36,050 nucleotides of DNA from positions 1 through 36,050 of IMG/VR virus record IMGVR_UViG_2558860290_000008; one strand, given 5' to 3'. A model generated the notes under the pieces. It was not told the origin of the DNA. It ran no database searches and saw only the letters and a program-made list of their open reading frames with translations. The position numbers were made by a program, and so were the translations under genes. Shown one piece after another: positions 28,948 to 36,050 of this stretch; position 1 is the first letter of the stretch; each line of letters begins with the position of its first letter. Source of the DNA: a virus (taxonomy: Duplodnaviria; Heunggongvirae; Uroviricota; Caudoviricetes).

Positions 28948-29009
28948 GGAGCAATGTCGCTCGTAACTAAACAGGAGCCGACTTGTTCTGATTATTTGAA
29001 ATCTTCTTT

Positions 29010-29036
29010 GCCCTCCTAAGTGAGGGCAATTTTTTG
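29010..29036 (+). terminator. Intrinsic terminator-like hairpin within the pL operon
   Basis: GCCCTC-CTAAGT-GAGGGC followed by AATTTTTT, 11 nt upstream of the next gene's GGAGG ribosome-binding site. Confidence 0.6.
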
Positions 29037-29047
29037 ACGGAGGAATT

Positions 29048-29464
29048 ATGGAAATTACAGATATTCTGGTTAATCCAGATAATTACGACCAATTCAATAT
29101 CTCTACTCAATCAGTTGATTTGGGGTGTGCAACTGTCAGCGCATGGCTACTTAATGGTAAACAGTTGGATAAATGCCTTGATGCACATATGACGGTTAAC
29201 AGCTTCCTTGCAGAAAAGACACACTGGCAAGATGCTGGAGGGAAATATGCTGGATGGCTTGAAAGCATGGGATTTGAATATCAATCTGATGAAGGTTGGT
29301 GGAGCCTTATAGCTGTAACGCCTGAGACAATAGAATGCTTCGTTAAATACTCAAACGACGATGACTATAAACACCAGGTAGATTCTGCGATAGAAAGATA
29401 CAAAAGAAAATCGTTCAACCACGAAATATCATCAGTTCTTGATTTCATAGAAGTCTTCAAATAA
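29048..29464 (+). CDS. Hypothetical acidic protein (138 aa)
   Basis: AT-rich ORF with a strong GGAGG ribosome-binding site, between ral and cIII; no family recognised. Confidence 0.55.
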   Translation: MEITDILVNPDNYDQFNISTQSVDLGCATVSAWLLNGKQLDKCLDAHMTVNSFLAEKTHWQDAGGKYAGWLESMGFEYQSDEGWWSLIAVTPETIECFVKYSNDDDYKHQVDSAIERYKRKSFNHEISSVLDFIEVFK

Positions 29465-29547
29465 GCCGCCAAGCGCGGCTTTACCGCATACCAATAACGC
29501 TTCACTTGAGGCGTTTTCGTTATGCAATCAAATATAAGGAGTTACCC

Positions 29548-29679
29548 ATGATGCACTTTCAGCTCGCGGGTAGCGGCGTCATGTCCGCTTTCTACCCGCA
29601 CGAATCTGAATTATCACGCCGAGTTAAACAATTAATCAGAGCAGCAAAGAAACAACTGGAGGCGTTATGCGCAATGAAA
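29548..29679 (+). CDS. cIII: cIII-like protein (FtsH inhibitor family)
   Basis: Hand translation MMHFQLAGSGVMSAFYPHESELSRRVKQLIRAAKKQLEALCAMK, resembling the lambda CIII core (AIAGWPVAGCPSESLLERITRKLRDGWKRL); AAGGAG ribosome-binding site. Confidence 0.6.
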
Positions 29680-29819
29680 TAGCCATTAATCACCAGATGC
29701 TTCGTGCTGCACAGAACAAAGCAGTAATAGCCAGATTTATTGGTGATTCAAAAATGTGGCTTGAAGCAAATAAAGCGATGAAATCAGCTATCAACCTTCC
29801 GTGGTATCGCAGGAAATGA
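29667..29819 (+). CDS. kil: Kil-like small protein
   Basis: Hand translation MRNEIAINHQMLRAAQNKAVIARFIGDSKMWLEANKAMKSAINLPWYRRK; the FIGD motif and position after cIII resemble lambda/P22 Kil. Confidence 0.5.
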   Translation: MRNEIAINHQMLRAAQNKAVIARFIGDSKMWLEANKAMKSAINLPWYRRK

Positions 29820-29971
29820 GTTTTACAGATAACTGGTCAGACGAAGAATTCATTCGTCAGATGAAAGATTTAATCGGTAACGAAGGAGATATTCATGTCA
29901 CTTGCAACCACAGTGAAGGAGAGCAAGTTACAGAGACGCATGTACACGCAGAAAGCTCTCTGGTATCGCCA
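29816..29971 (+). CDS. Small acidic protein (51 aa), possibly Arf-like
   Basis: Hand translation MSFTDNWSDEEFIRQMKDLIGNEGDIHVTCNHSEGEQVTETHVHAESSLVSP; ATGA-coupled to kil, upstream of erf as in the P22 gene order. Confidence 0.4.
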
Positions 29972-30075
29972 TAATGGCGACCGCGAAGGAATGCGGGTAT
30001 GCCTTAATTTGTCCCGAGTCGAAGTATTAAATCAGCGTTATTTCCTTGGGCCGTGTCCATTCTGAGAACAATCAT

Positions 30076-30681
30076 ATGAGCAAAGAATTTTACGCAAGAC
30101 TGGCAGCTATTCAGGAGAATCTGAACGCGCCAAAGAATCAGTACAACTCATTCGGTAAATATAAATACAGAAGCTGCGAAGACATTCTTGAAGGCGTTAA
30201 GCCGCTACTGAATGGCCTGTTTTTATCAATCAGCGATGAAGTTGTGTTGATTGGTGATCGGTATTACGTGAAAGCCACGGCAACTATTACCGATGGCGAA
30301 AACAGTCATACAGCAACCGCTCTTGCACGAGAGGAAGAAAGCAAGAAAGGAATGGATTCTGCACAAGTTACGGGAGCTACAAGCTCTTATGCACGCAAGT
30401 ATTGCCTCAATGGTTTATTCGGCATTGATGATGCGAAAGATGCAGATACAGACGAGCATAAACATCAGCAGAACGCAGCAGCAAAGCAATCAAAGCCATC
30501 ACCTACACCTGAACAGGTTTTAAAGGCATTCACTGACGCAGCAATGCAGAAAAACACCGTAGAAGAGCTTAAACAGGCGTTCGCCAAAGCGTGGAAGATG
30601 CTCGAAGGCACACCGGAGCAGCACAAAGCGCAGGACGTTTACAACATCAGACGAGATGAATTAGAAGGAGCGGCTGCTTAA
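30076..30681 (+). CDS. erf: Erf-type single-strand annealing recombinase
   Basis: MSKEFYARLAAIQENLNAPKNQYNSFGKYKYRSCEDILEGVKPLL, closely resembling P22 Erf as I recall it; start at the internal Met of ORF 30046..30681. Confidence 0.7.
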   Translation: MSKEFYARLAAIQENLNAPKNQYNSFGKYKYRSCEDILEGVKPLLNGLFLSISDEVVLIGDRYYVKATATITDGENSHTATALAREEESKKGMDSAQVTGATSSYARKYCLNGLFGIDDAKDADTDEHKHQQNAAAKQSKPSPTPEQVLKAFTDAAMQKNTVEELKQAFAKAWKMLEGTPEQHKAQDVYNIRRDELEGAAA

Positions 30682-31064
30682 TGGCACATTCGATTACTGT
30701 AAGACTAAACAAGCCAGCAAGAGAGTTTCAGGCCGGGGAAAATATCGGATTCAACATCCGTGCTGGCGTTCAGTATTACGATCGCCAGACAAAAAAGAAA
30801 GAATGGACAAACTACAGCGCCGTTGTATTTGCCAAGCCGGGAGCGCAAGCGGATTACTACCGTAGTGTTCTTGTTGAAGGTGGCATTGTAGAAATTACCG
30901 GAGAAAACACCAGGGTTGATGTTTATCAGGGGCAAAATGGTCAATCAATCACTCTTGAATTACTGAATGCAAAGATTGGATTTGCAACTTCAGGAAACAG
31001 CCAACAGCAGCAAAGTAGCAATCATCAAAATCATCCTGAATACGACGATTCAATCCCCTTCTAG
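30681..31064 (+). CDS. ssb: Short single-stranded DNA-binding protein
   Basis: 127-aa protein with an OB-fold-like core and an Asn/Gln-rich linker, ending in the SSB-signature acidic tail EYDDSIPF. Confidence 0.6.
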   Translation: MAHSITVRLNKPAREFQAGENIGFNIRAGVQYYDRQTKKKEWTNYSAVVFAKPGAQADYYRSVLVEGGIVEITGENTRVDVYQGQNGQSITLELLNAKIGFATSGNSQQQQSSNHQNHPEYDDSIPF

Positions 31065-31087
31065 ATTAGCAAAATAAGGATTCCATT

Positions 31088-31384
31088 ATGCCAGCGCCTC
31101 TGTATGGTGCGGATGACCCGCGCCGCTGTTCCGGCAATTCCGTATCGGAGGTGCTGGAAAATATCAAGAATAATCTCGACGCGTTTCTTGCTCTGCCACC
31201 AGAAACAAAAGCAGAACGGAAGTACCGACGCGATATACAACTCGCAGAAAAACAGGAAAAAGACCGAATAAACGAAACATCAATCCGACCATTCCGCAAA
31301 GCCACATATACCCACTTCCCTGAATATATCGACCCGCGCCTGCGTAATTACCGCTCACGCTATGGCGCTATCAGTAATGACTGA
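31088..31384 (+). CDS. Hypothetical protein (98 aa)
   Basis: ORF in the early-left accessory region; no family recognised. Confidence 0.5.
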   Translation: MPAPLYGADDPRRCSGNSVSEVLENIKNNLDAFLALPPETKAERKYRRDIQLAEKQEKDRINETSIRPFRKATYTHFPEYIDPRLRNYRSRYGAISND

Positions 31385-31394
31385 GGAATTTACC

Positions 31395-31559
31395 ATGAGA
31401 GGACTTGCATACAATCCCGGCATTCTTCCGGCAGAAATGATTATTCGCCAACGCGTAAAGCCAATGCCATCGAGAGAAGAATTGCTTAAGCGGAATAGTT
31501 TCGGTTCTGTTAATGACAACAAATATCTGAATGCGATGTTGCGGAGTGGGAAGAAATGA
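31395..31559 (+). CDS. Hypothetical small protein (54 aa)
   Basis: GAGGAA ribosome-binding site 5 nt before ATG 31395 ([21 protein letters not shown]...); ATGA-type overlap with the next gene. Confidence 0.45.
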   Translation: MRGLAYNPGILPAEMIIRQRVKPMPSREELLKRNSFGSVNDNKYLNAMLRSGKK

Positions 31560-32116
31560 AACAAATGTCACTAATTGAGATGGATGGTTTTCTGAAAGGT
31601 AAATGCATCCCACGAGATTTAAAGGTTAACGAAACAAACGCTGAATATCTGGTGCGTAAATTTGCTGAAGCGGAGGCCAAGATTTCGGCTCTGTCCGAAG
31701 ACCACCAGAAAGCGATTGAGTCAATTAAGCAGGCTGATGCGGCTGTTAAGTTGGCACACGAGAAGTTTTCGGCGCTGGCGGCGGAGAATGCGGGGCTGAA
31801 GTCTGGCGCTATGGACGAAATCAAGGTTATCAACCGTGGAGGGCAGGCATATTGCGTAAAAGATGGAGTGCAAGTTAATCCCATGTATGCAAGAGGGTGG
31901 AATGACTATCGCGCAAAGTCTCTGCAATCAGACACCCCAGCCACCGATGCTTTTCTGGCTGAAGTGCGGGCGCAGGCGTTTAATGACCTTTGCTCGGCGT
32001 TCGTTAAACACGCGAATCTCGCGGGTATGGATGATGGTGAGCTAGTGAGGCTTAAATATGCGACGGACGCCCTGCTGCATTGTGCAGACCAACTTCGCAA
32101 GGGATTGCAGTCATGA
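31556..32116 (+). CDS. Hypothetical protein (186 aa, predicted coiled coil)
   Basis: ORF in the accessory region upstream of the lar-like gene; no family recognised. Confidence 0.5.
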   Translation: MKQMSLIEMDGFLKGKCIPRDLKVNETNAEYLVRKFAEAEAKISALSEDHQKAIESIKQADAAVKLAHEKFSALAAENAGLKSGAMDEIKVINRGGQAYCVKDGVQVNPMYARGWNDYRAKSLQSDTPATDAFLAEVRAQAFNDLCSAFVKHANLAGMDDGELVRLKYATDALLHCADQLRKGLQS

Positions 32117-32355
32117 GCAACCTACTACCATGTCCATTCTGTGGCGGCGCAGCGCACGTTGCCAGTGAAGCAGATCACCCTGAATATGGCTCTGGCGGTC
32201 GATTCTATTTCGTTCGATGCGGTACGTGTCGCGCTCAATCTGGTAGCAAATATGCAGCGCCTGGAAATGACTGCGCGATTTTTTATTCAGAGGTTAGAGC
32301 AGAGTGGAATCAGCGAGCAAAGGAGGCAACCAGTGAGCGGAAAAAGAATGACTAA
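32113..32355 (+). CDS. lar: Lar-family restriction-alleviation protein (zinc-ribbon)
   Basis: [44 protein letters not shown], with the CPFCG ... RCGTC motif pair typical of Lar; ATGA overlap with the upstream gene. Confidence 0.65.
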   Translation: MSNLLPCPFCGGAAHVASEADHPEYGSGGRFYFVRCGTCRAQSGSKYAAPGNDCAIFYSEVRAEWNQRAKEATSERKKND

Positions 32356-32557
32356 CAGAGAGCTTGTTGATGCCGCGATTAAGCTTGCTGGTGATTTTTA
32401 TTCAATGATGGGGTACACGCATCGCCCAGGCTTCAAATATTGGGAGTCTCCGCACCCGCAAGAGCAACTGGTATTTCAAATGGCCTGCCGTGCTTTTGAG
32501 GTTATTCGCGGTTCTGATGTGATGGACGCCGTTGCCGACTTGGAGGATGAAGAGTGA
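32348..32557 (+). CDS. Hypothetical small protein (69 aa)
   Basis: Start at the internal Met (MTNRELVDAAIKLAG...) overlapping the lar stop; the ORF-track N-terminal extension overlaps lar and was not used. Confidence 0.45.
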   Translation: MTNRELVDAAIKLAGDFYSMMGYTHRPGFKYWESPHPQEQLVFQMACRAFEVIRGSDVMDAVADLEDEE

Positions 32558-33336
32558 TCAAGATTGACTATCAGGCACTGCGTAAAGCGGCGCAACTGGC
32601 AACACAGGGTGAATGGGTCGCATTTATTTCGTCTGGTACTGGTACATATGCGGTGCATACACCTGGTGATAAACGATGTGAAGACGTTATCAAATGGACC
32701 GGCTTTGATGGACAGAACAACGCAGAGAACAACGCTCGTTATATCGCAGCTTTCAACCCTGAAGTAGTGCAGGCGTTGCTTGACGAGCTGGAAGGCAAAG
32801 ACAAGCTGATTTCAGAGCTTAGAAAACAATGCGCTGAATGGGAGCGAAAGGCATTAAGCAACTTTGAAGAGTGTGCTGCGATGGCTGAACGTATCGAAGA
32901 GATGCAGACAAAATCTGCACCAGATTCGTTTGGCATCATCGGTGAAAATATTCGAACACAGGATAATCGAATAACGTCAGATCCTATGTTTTGTGTGTAT
33001 CAAAAGCGCGAAATCGTTGTTGATGCTGATTATGACTATGACCGGATTGTCTGGGTTGATGAAGATGGCAATGAAGCCAATAAACTCCAAAGTCGTCGTC
33101 TCGAACTACTTCATGAAAACTTTCGGGAGCCACCAGAAAAATGGAGGCGCGTTGCTGTGAAAGATATTGATGAATTCGTTACCTGCTGTTTCACCGAACA
33201 GGGTTGTAAAGACTACCTGGCAGCCAATGGTCACAATCTTCGCTTGCCATTTATATATGTAAAAAGCGGTTTCAGGAACGCTGAATATATCGGCATAAGA
33301 AACTGGCTTGCTGGCATTCGCTTCAAAGGAGAGTGA
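32554..33336 (+). CDS. Ead/Ea22-like protein
   Basis: 260-aa protein whose N-terminus (MIKIDYQALRKAAQLATQGEWV) and central coiled coil resemble Ea22-like proteins found between recombination genes and int in lambdoid phages. Confidence 0.5.
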   Translation: MIKIDYQALRKAAQLATQGEWVAFISSGTGTYAVHTPGDKRCEDVIKWTGFDGQNNAENNARYIAAFNPEVVQALLDELEGKDKLISELRKQCAEWERKALSNFEECAAMAERIEEMQTKSAPDSFGIIGENIRTQDNRITSDPMFCVYQKREIVVDADYDYDRIVWVDEDGNEANKLQSRRLELLHENFREPPEKWRRVAVKDIDEFVTCCFTEQGCKDYLAANGHNLRLPFIYVKSGFRNAEYIGIRNWLAGIRFKGE

Positions 33337-33337
33337 G

Positions 33338-34105
33338 ATGAGCAATATCACTAAAGAACGTATCGAATTATTCATTAAAAATCCGCTTGATAACGGACTT
33401 ACTCGTGGCGAACAAATGGAACTGGCACGAATTGCACTGGCATCGCTGGAAGCAGAACCGGTTGCAGTAAACGACGACATGGCTTACGCATTCCATCACG
33501 CATTGTCAGATTCATCGCTAGGCGCTGATGAAGTAGAGGAAATTAAGGCCGGTTTGCGTGCTGCCTTTGCCAACGTCACTATCCAACCAGTGCCGGTAGT
33601 GCCGGATGAAATCGAGCCAGACGATAGCAATACGTTTGATTATGTTGATGGCTGGAACGCCTGCCGCGCCACCATGCTTCATGGTGCCAAACCTGTAAGC
33701 CAGACTTACAACTTGCCAGAATTAATCGAAGGCATGGAAGTTTCCATTGATGTAAGCACTTGTGATGCTGATTTAGGTAATCGCTATTTCGGCACCGTCA
33801 CCGAGGCGTTAGAACTTGATACAGCCAAGAATGGTTACATCCTCCTGGTTCAGGACGCAGAGCCAAACTTCGATGTAAATGGCAACTCTCCGGTAACTCC
33901 GGATGGTTGGATAAGCTGTAGTGATCGAATGCCGGAAGACACCAAAATGTTACTGGCATTTAGTCAAGGTAAAATCGTGGCCGCATATTGGAACTGGGTT
34001 GTAAATCCAATTGATTACAAAAAATATAGAGCTTTCACGTATTTATCAGGATATATCTTGGATGACGTAACTCACTGGATGCCGCTACCAGAGCCTCCAC
34101 TTTGA
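33338..34105 (+). CDS. DUF551-like protein
   Basis: C-terminal ...DDVTHWMPLPEPPL, typical of the DUF551 C-terminus common in enterobacterial prophages; start at the internal Met MSNITKER. Confidence 0.5.
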   Translation: MSNITKERIELFIKNPLDNGLTRGEQMELARIALASLEAEPVAVNDDMAYAFHHALSDSSLGADEVEEIKAGLRAAFANVTIQPVPVVPDEIEPDDSNTFDYVDGWNACRATMLHGAKPVSQTYNLPELIEGMEVSIDVSTCDADLGNRYFGTVTEALELDTAKNGYILLVQDAEPNFDVNGNSPVTPDGWISCSDRMPEDTKMLLAFSQGKIVAAYWNWVVNPIDYKKYRAFTYLSGYILDDVTHWMPLPEPPL

Positions 34106-34201
34106 AAGCGAAGCTTATACATATCTTTTACATCAGCAATCTATTGTTAATCTCCAATCAATGTTACGTTGTCATCTCACTCATGCTTTGGAGGTAGTGA
34201 T

Positions 34202-34381
34202 ATGTCTTGTCCAAAATGCGGTTCTGGAAATATTGCAAAAGAAAAAACAATGCGTGGATGGTCTGGTGATTATGTGTGCTGCGATTGCGGATACAACGAC
34301 TCTAAAGACGCATTTGGAGAGCGTGGTAAAAACGAGTTTGTCAAAATTAATAAAGAACGCGAAGGCAACGAAAAAAGCTAA
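34202..34381 (+). CDS. Small zinc-ribbon protein (59 aa)
   Basis: MSCPKCGSGNIAKEKTMRGWSGDYVCCDCGYNDSKD with CxxC ... CxxC; GGAGG ribosome-binding site. Confidence 0.5.
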   Translation: MSCPKCGSGNIAKEKTMRGWSGDYVCCDCGYNDSKDAFGERGKNEFVKINKEREGNEKS

Positions 34382-34445
34382 TTTATTTATTCATATATGA
34401 AAACAATGTAACCAATATTCGAATTGAAGAACTGAAAGAACACCA

Positions 34446-34470
34446 AACCGCCTGATGGCGGTTTTTTATT
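34446..34470 (+). terminator. Intrinsic terminator upstream of xis
   Basis: AACCGCC-TGAT-GGCGGTT hairpin followed by TTTTTATT. Confidence 0.7.
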
Positions 34471-34485
34471 GCCTGGAGAATTAAG

Positions 34486-34677
34486 ATGACCGATACCAGC
34501 CTGATTCCTGAGAAAGAAGTGATGAACAAGCTCGGTGTTTCATCACGTCAGACAATCTGGAACTATACCAAACGACACGGATTTCCGAAGCCAGTCAGAA
34601 CCCACCCCAAATCATACCTTCGTGAAGCTGTTGAAGGGTGGATTCTTAACGGTGGCGTTAATCAGAAATGCTCCTGA
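34486..34677 (+). CDS. xis: Excisionase / AlpA-family DNA-binding protein
   Basis: 63-aa protein with a helix-turn-helix (LGVSSRQTIWNYTKRHGFPKP) typical of AlpA/Xis; converges on int, with the two 3' ends overlapping by 20 nt. Confidence 0.7.
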   Translation: MTDTSLIPEKEVMNKLGVSSRQTIWNYTKRHGFPKPVRTHPKSYLREAVEGWILNGGVNQKCS

Positions 34678-35836
34678 TGTGCCAGAACAATTTATCAGCG
34701 TGAAGCTCATACGCTTTGCGCTGAGCCTCTATCCAGTCGTGTTTATTGTATACGGACATTATCCCGCCAAGTTCATGACCGAGCATTCGCTCAGTAACAT
34801 GAGGCTCGACATTCATCTCGGACAGACGTGTAACAAGCGTTCTTCTGAAATCATGTGTTCGCCAGTAACCCAGATCCATCCCTCCCCTTATTCTATTTAC
34901 GAATCGGTTGGCTGCAGCGATGCTGATCGGTTTGTTTATGTCTTCTCCAGGGAAAAGAACATCATTGTACGTTGTCATGGCCTTTTCGAGAAAAGGCTTA
35001 ATTTGTTCGAAGATTGGACGGCGGATAACATTACCCATCTTGCTATGCTCTTTCGGTACGGTCCATACGTTGTCCAGCAGGTCAAATTCTGTCTTTGTTG
35101 CCAGCCTAAGCTCTGAGAGCCTCGCCCCCCACAGCATAAGCATCTGATGAAGGAGCTTATTTGACGTAGACGCACGGCTTCTTTCAATAGCAAGCCAAAT
35201 CTTAGCCAGTTCGTGATACGACAGTACCCGATCCCCTACCTCAGCGCGGGAGCCGAAGTCCCTTGGTTGGATGCTCATAATTGCGCAACTATCTATCAAC
35301 TGACGCCGCATGCACCAACTTATTGCTGATCTTAGTTGACTTAGCACCTGCCTTGCTCGGCGTGGATTATCTCTTTCTTCTTCGGTAAGCAGGTCAACCC
35401 ATTGCTTAACCGTGATAGAAGATGCCGGACGATTAGGAAAGGCGTCATGCATGCGCTTCATAACCGTTGATCGGTAAAGTGCCTGGGTCTTTTCTCTGAG
35501 AGTTGTAGAGACGTAGTTGTCGAACCAGTAGTCGAGACACTGAGCGACCGTCATGGAGTTCTCCACCTTCTCTTCAAAATAGGTGCGTGGATCCGTTCCT
35601 GAGAAATAGAGCTTTCGCAAGTCAGCAGTGATCTGTCTGGCATCCTTCAAAGACAGGGATGGGTATCGACCAAGCCCAAGTCGATTAGGCTTGCCATGCC
35701 AGCGATAGCGGTACTGGAACTGGATGACCCCCTTCGGTGAAATTCGTACGCTGAGGCCATCGGCATCAGCCACTTCTTGTGGGCCCGAATATGGTTTACC
35801 ATAAATAGTACGCAGTTTTGTGTCGCTTATAGCCAT
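34658..35836 (-). CDS. int: Tyrosine integrase (P4-type family)
   Basis: 392-aa protein with an N-terminal arm-binding-type domain and C-terminal catalytic-region motifs (WRTHDFRRT, HELGG ... VYNKH-type R/H/Y); sits at the prophage end. Confidence 0.9.
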   Translation of the reverse strand: MAISDTKLRTIYGKPYSGPQEVADADGLSVRISPKGVIQFQYRYRWHGKPNRLGLGRYPSLSLKDARQITADLRKLYFSGTDPRTYFEEKVENSMTVAQCLDYWFDNYVSTTLREKTQALYRSTVMKRMHDAFPNRPASSITVKQWVDLLTEEERDNPRRARQVLSQLRSAISWCMRRQLIDSCAIMSIQPRDFGSRAEVGDRVLSYHELAKIWLAIERSRASTSNKLLHQMLMLWGARLSELRLATKTEFDLLDNVWTVPKEHSKMGNVIRRPIFEQIKPFLEKAMTTYNDVLFPGEDINKPISIAAANRFVNRIRGGMDLGYWRTHDFRRTLVTRLSEMNVEPHVTERMLGHELGGIMSVYNKHDWIEAQRKAYELHADKLFWHIRSISD

Positions 35837-35845
35837 AAATAATAT

Positions 35846-36031
35846 TTGGTACGCTCAGAAATAATGGTTTGGTACACATCTGGTACACAATATCACATGG
35901 ACAACAGCGCACAGTAAACAACTATATTTGACGTTCGTAGACATACTCAGGTGAAAAAAGGGTTGTTTTTCGAGTTATAACAGACAGTTAATTAACTACA
36001 GTGGACAATGCTAGACAATGACAGACACAGA
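35846..36031. repeat. Clustered short direct repeats beyond int (candidate attP arm-type sites)
   Basis: TGGTACGC at 35848, TGGTACAC at 35870 and 35881; GGACAA / GACAATG at 35898, 36003, 36014; CAGACA at 35981 and 36023. Confidence 0.4.
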
Positions 36032-36050
36032 TAAGCAACCTACCTTCCTC

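Noticed and set aside
30681-31064. Possible P22 Abc-type anti-RecBCD protein after erf
   Set aside because: The C-terminal acidic tail DDSIPF and OB-fold-like core fit an SSB better; kept as SSB at moderate confidence.

Overview
The whole window is one mosaic lambdoid prophage from an enterobacterium, with late and structural genes on the minus strand at the left and the integrase at the right end. Left to right: (1) a tail module with a tape-measure protein, a chaperone carrying a likely -1 frameshift site, and putative tube and sheath proteins; (2) a head/packaging module (major capsid, protease/scaffold, MuF-like protein, portal, large and small terminase); (3) a small AT-rich opposite-strand gene and an Rha-family gene; (4) a lysis cassette that matches phage lambda as I recall it (S, R, Rz with embedded Rz1); (5) two tRNA genes sitting between a Q-type antiterminator with its late promoter and terminator and the holin; (6) a nin-like region (NinH, RusA interrupted by an in-frame TAA, YbcO-like, NinF, NinE, an N6-adenine methyltransferase, NinB); (7) a P22-like replication module (DnaB-type helicase, O-like initiator with origin iterons); (8) an immunity region that looks essentially identical to lambda (cII-like, nutR, cro, OR, cI, rexA, rexB, OL/pL, nutL, N, orf28, ral); (9) a P22-like early-left region (cIII, kil, a small arf-like gene, erf, a short SSB) with several unknown accessory genes, a Lar-family protein, Ea22-like and DUF551-like proteins; (10) a convergent xis/int pair followed by short direct repeats that could be attP arm sites. 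No CRISPR array, rRNA or transposon was seen. The most plausible places for an undescribed function are three AT-rich or unexplained cargo loci: two unknown genes downstream of ral, an opposite-strand gene between the small terminase and rha, and a three-gene set with two membrane proteins behind the tR2-like terminator. All family assignments rest on reading the translated ORFs and on recalled phage sequences; no searches were run.
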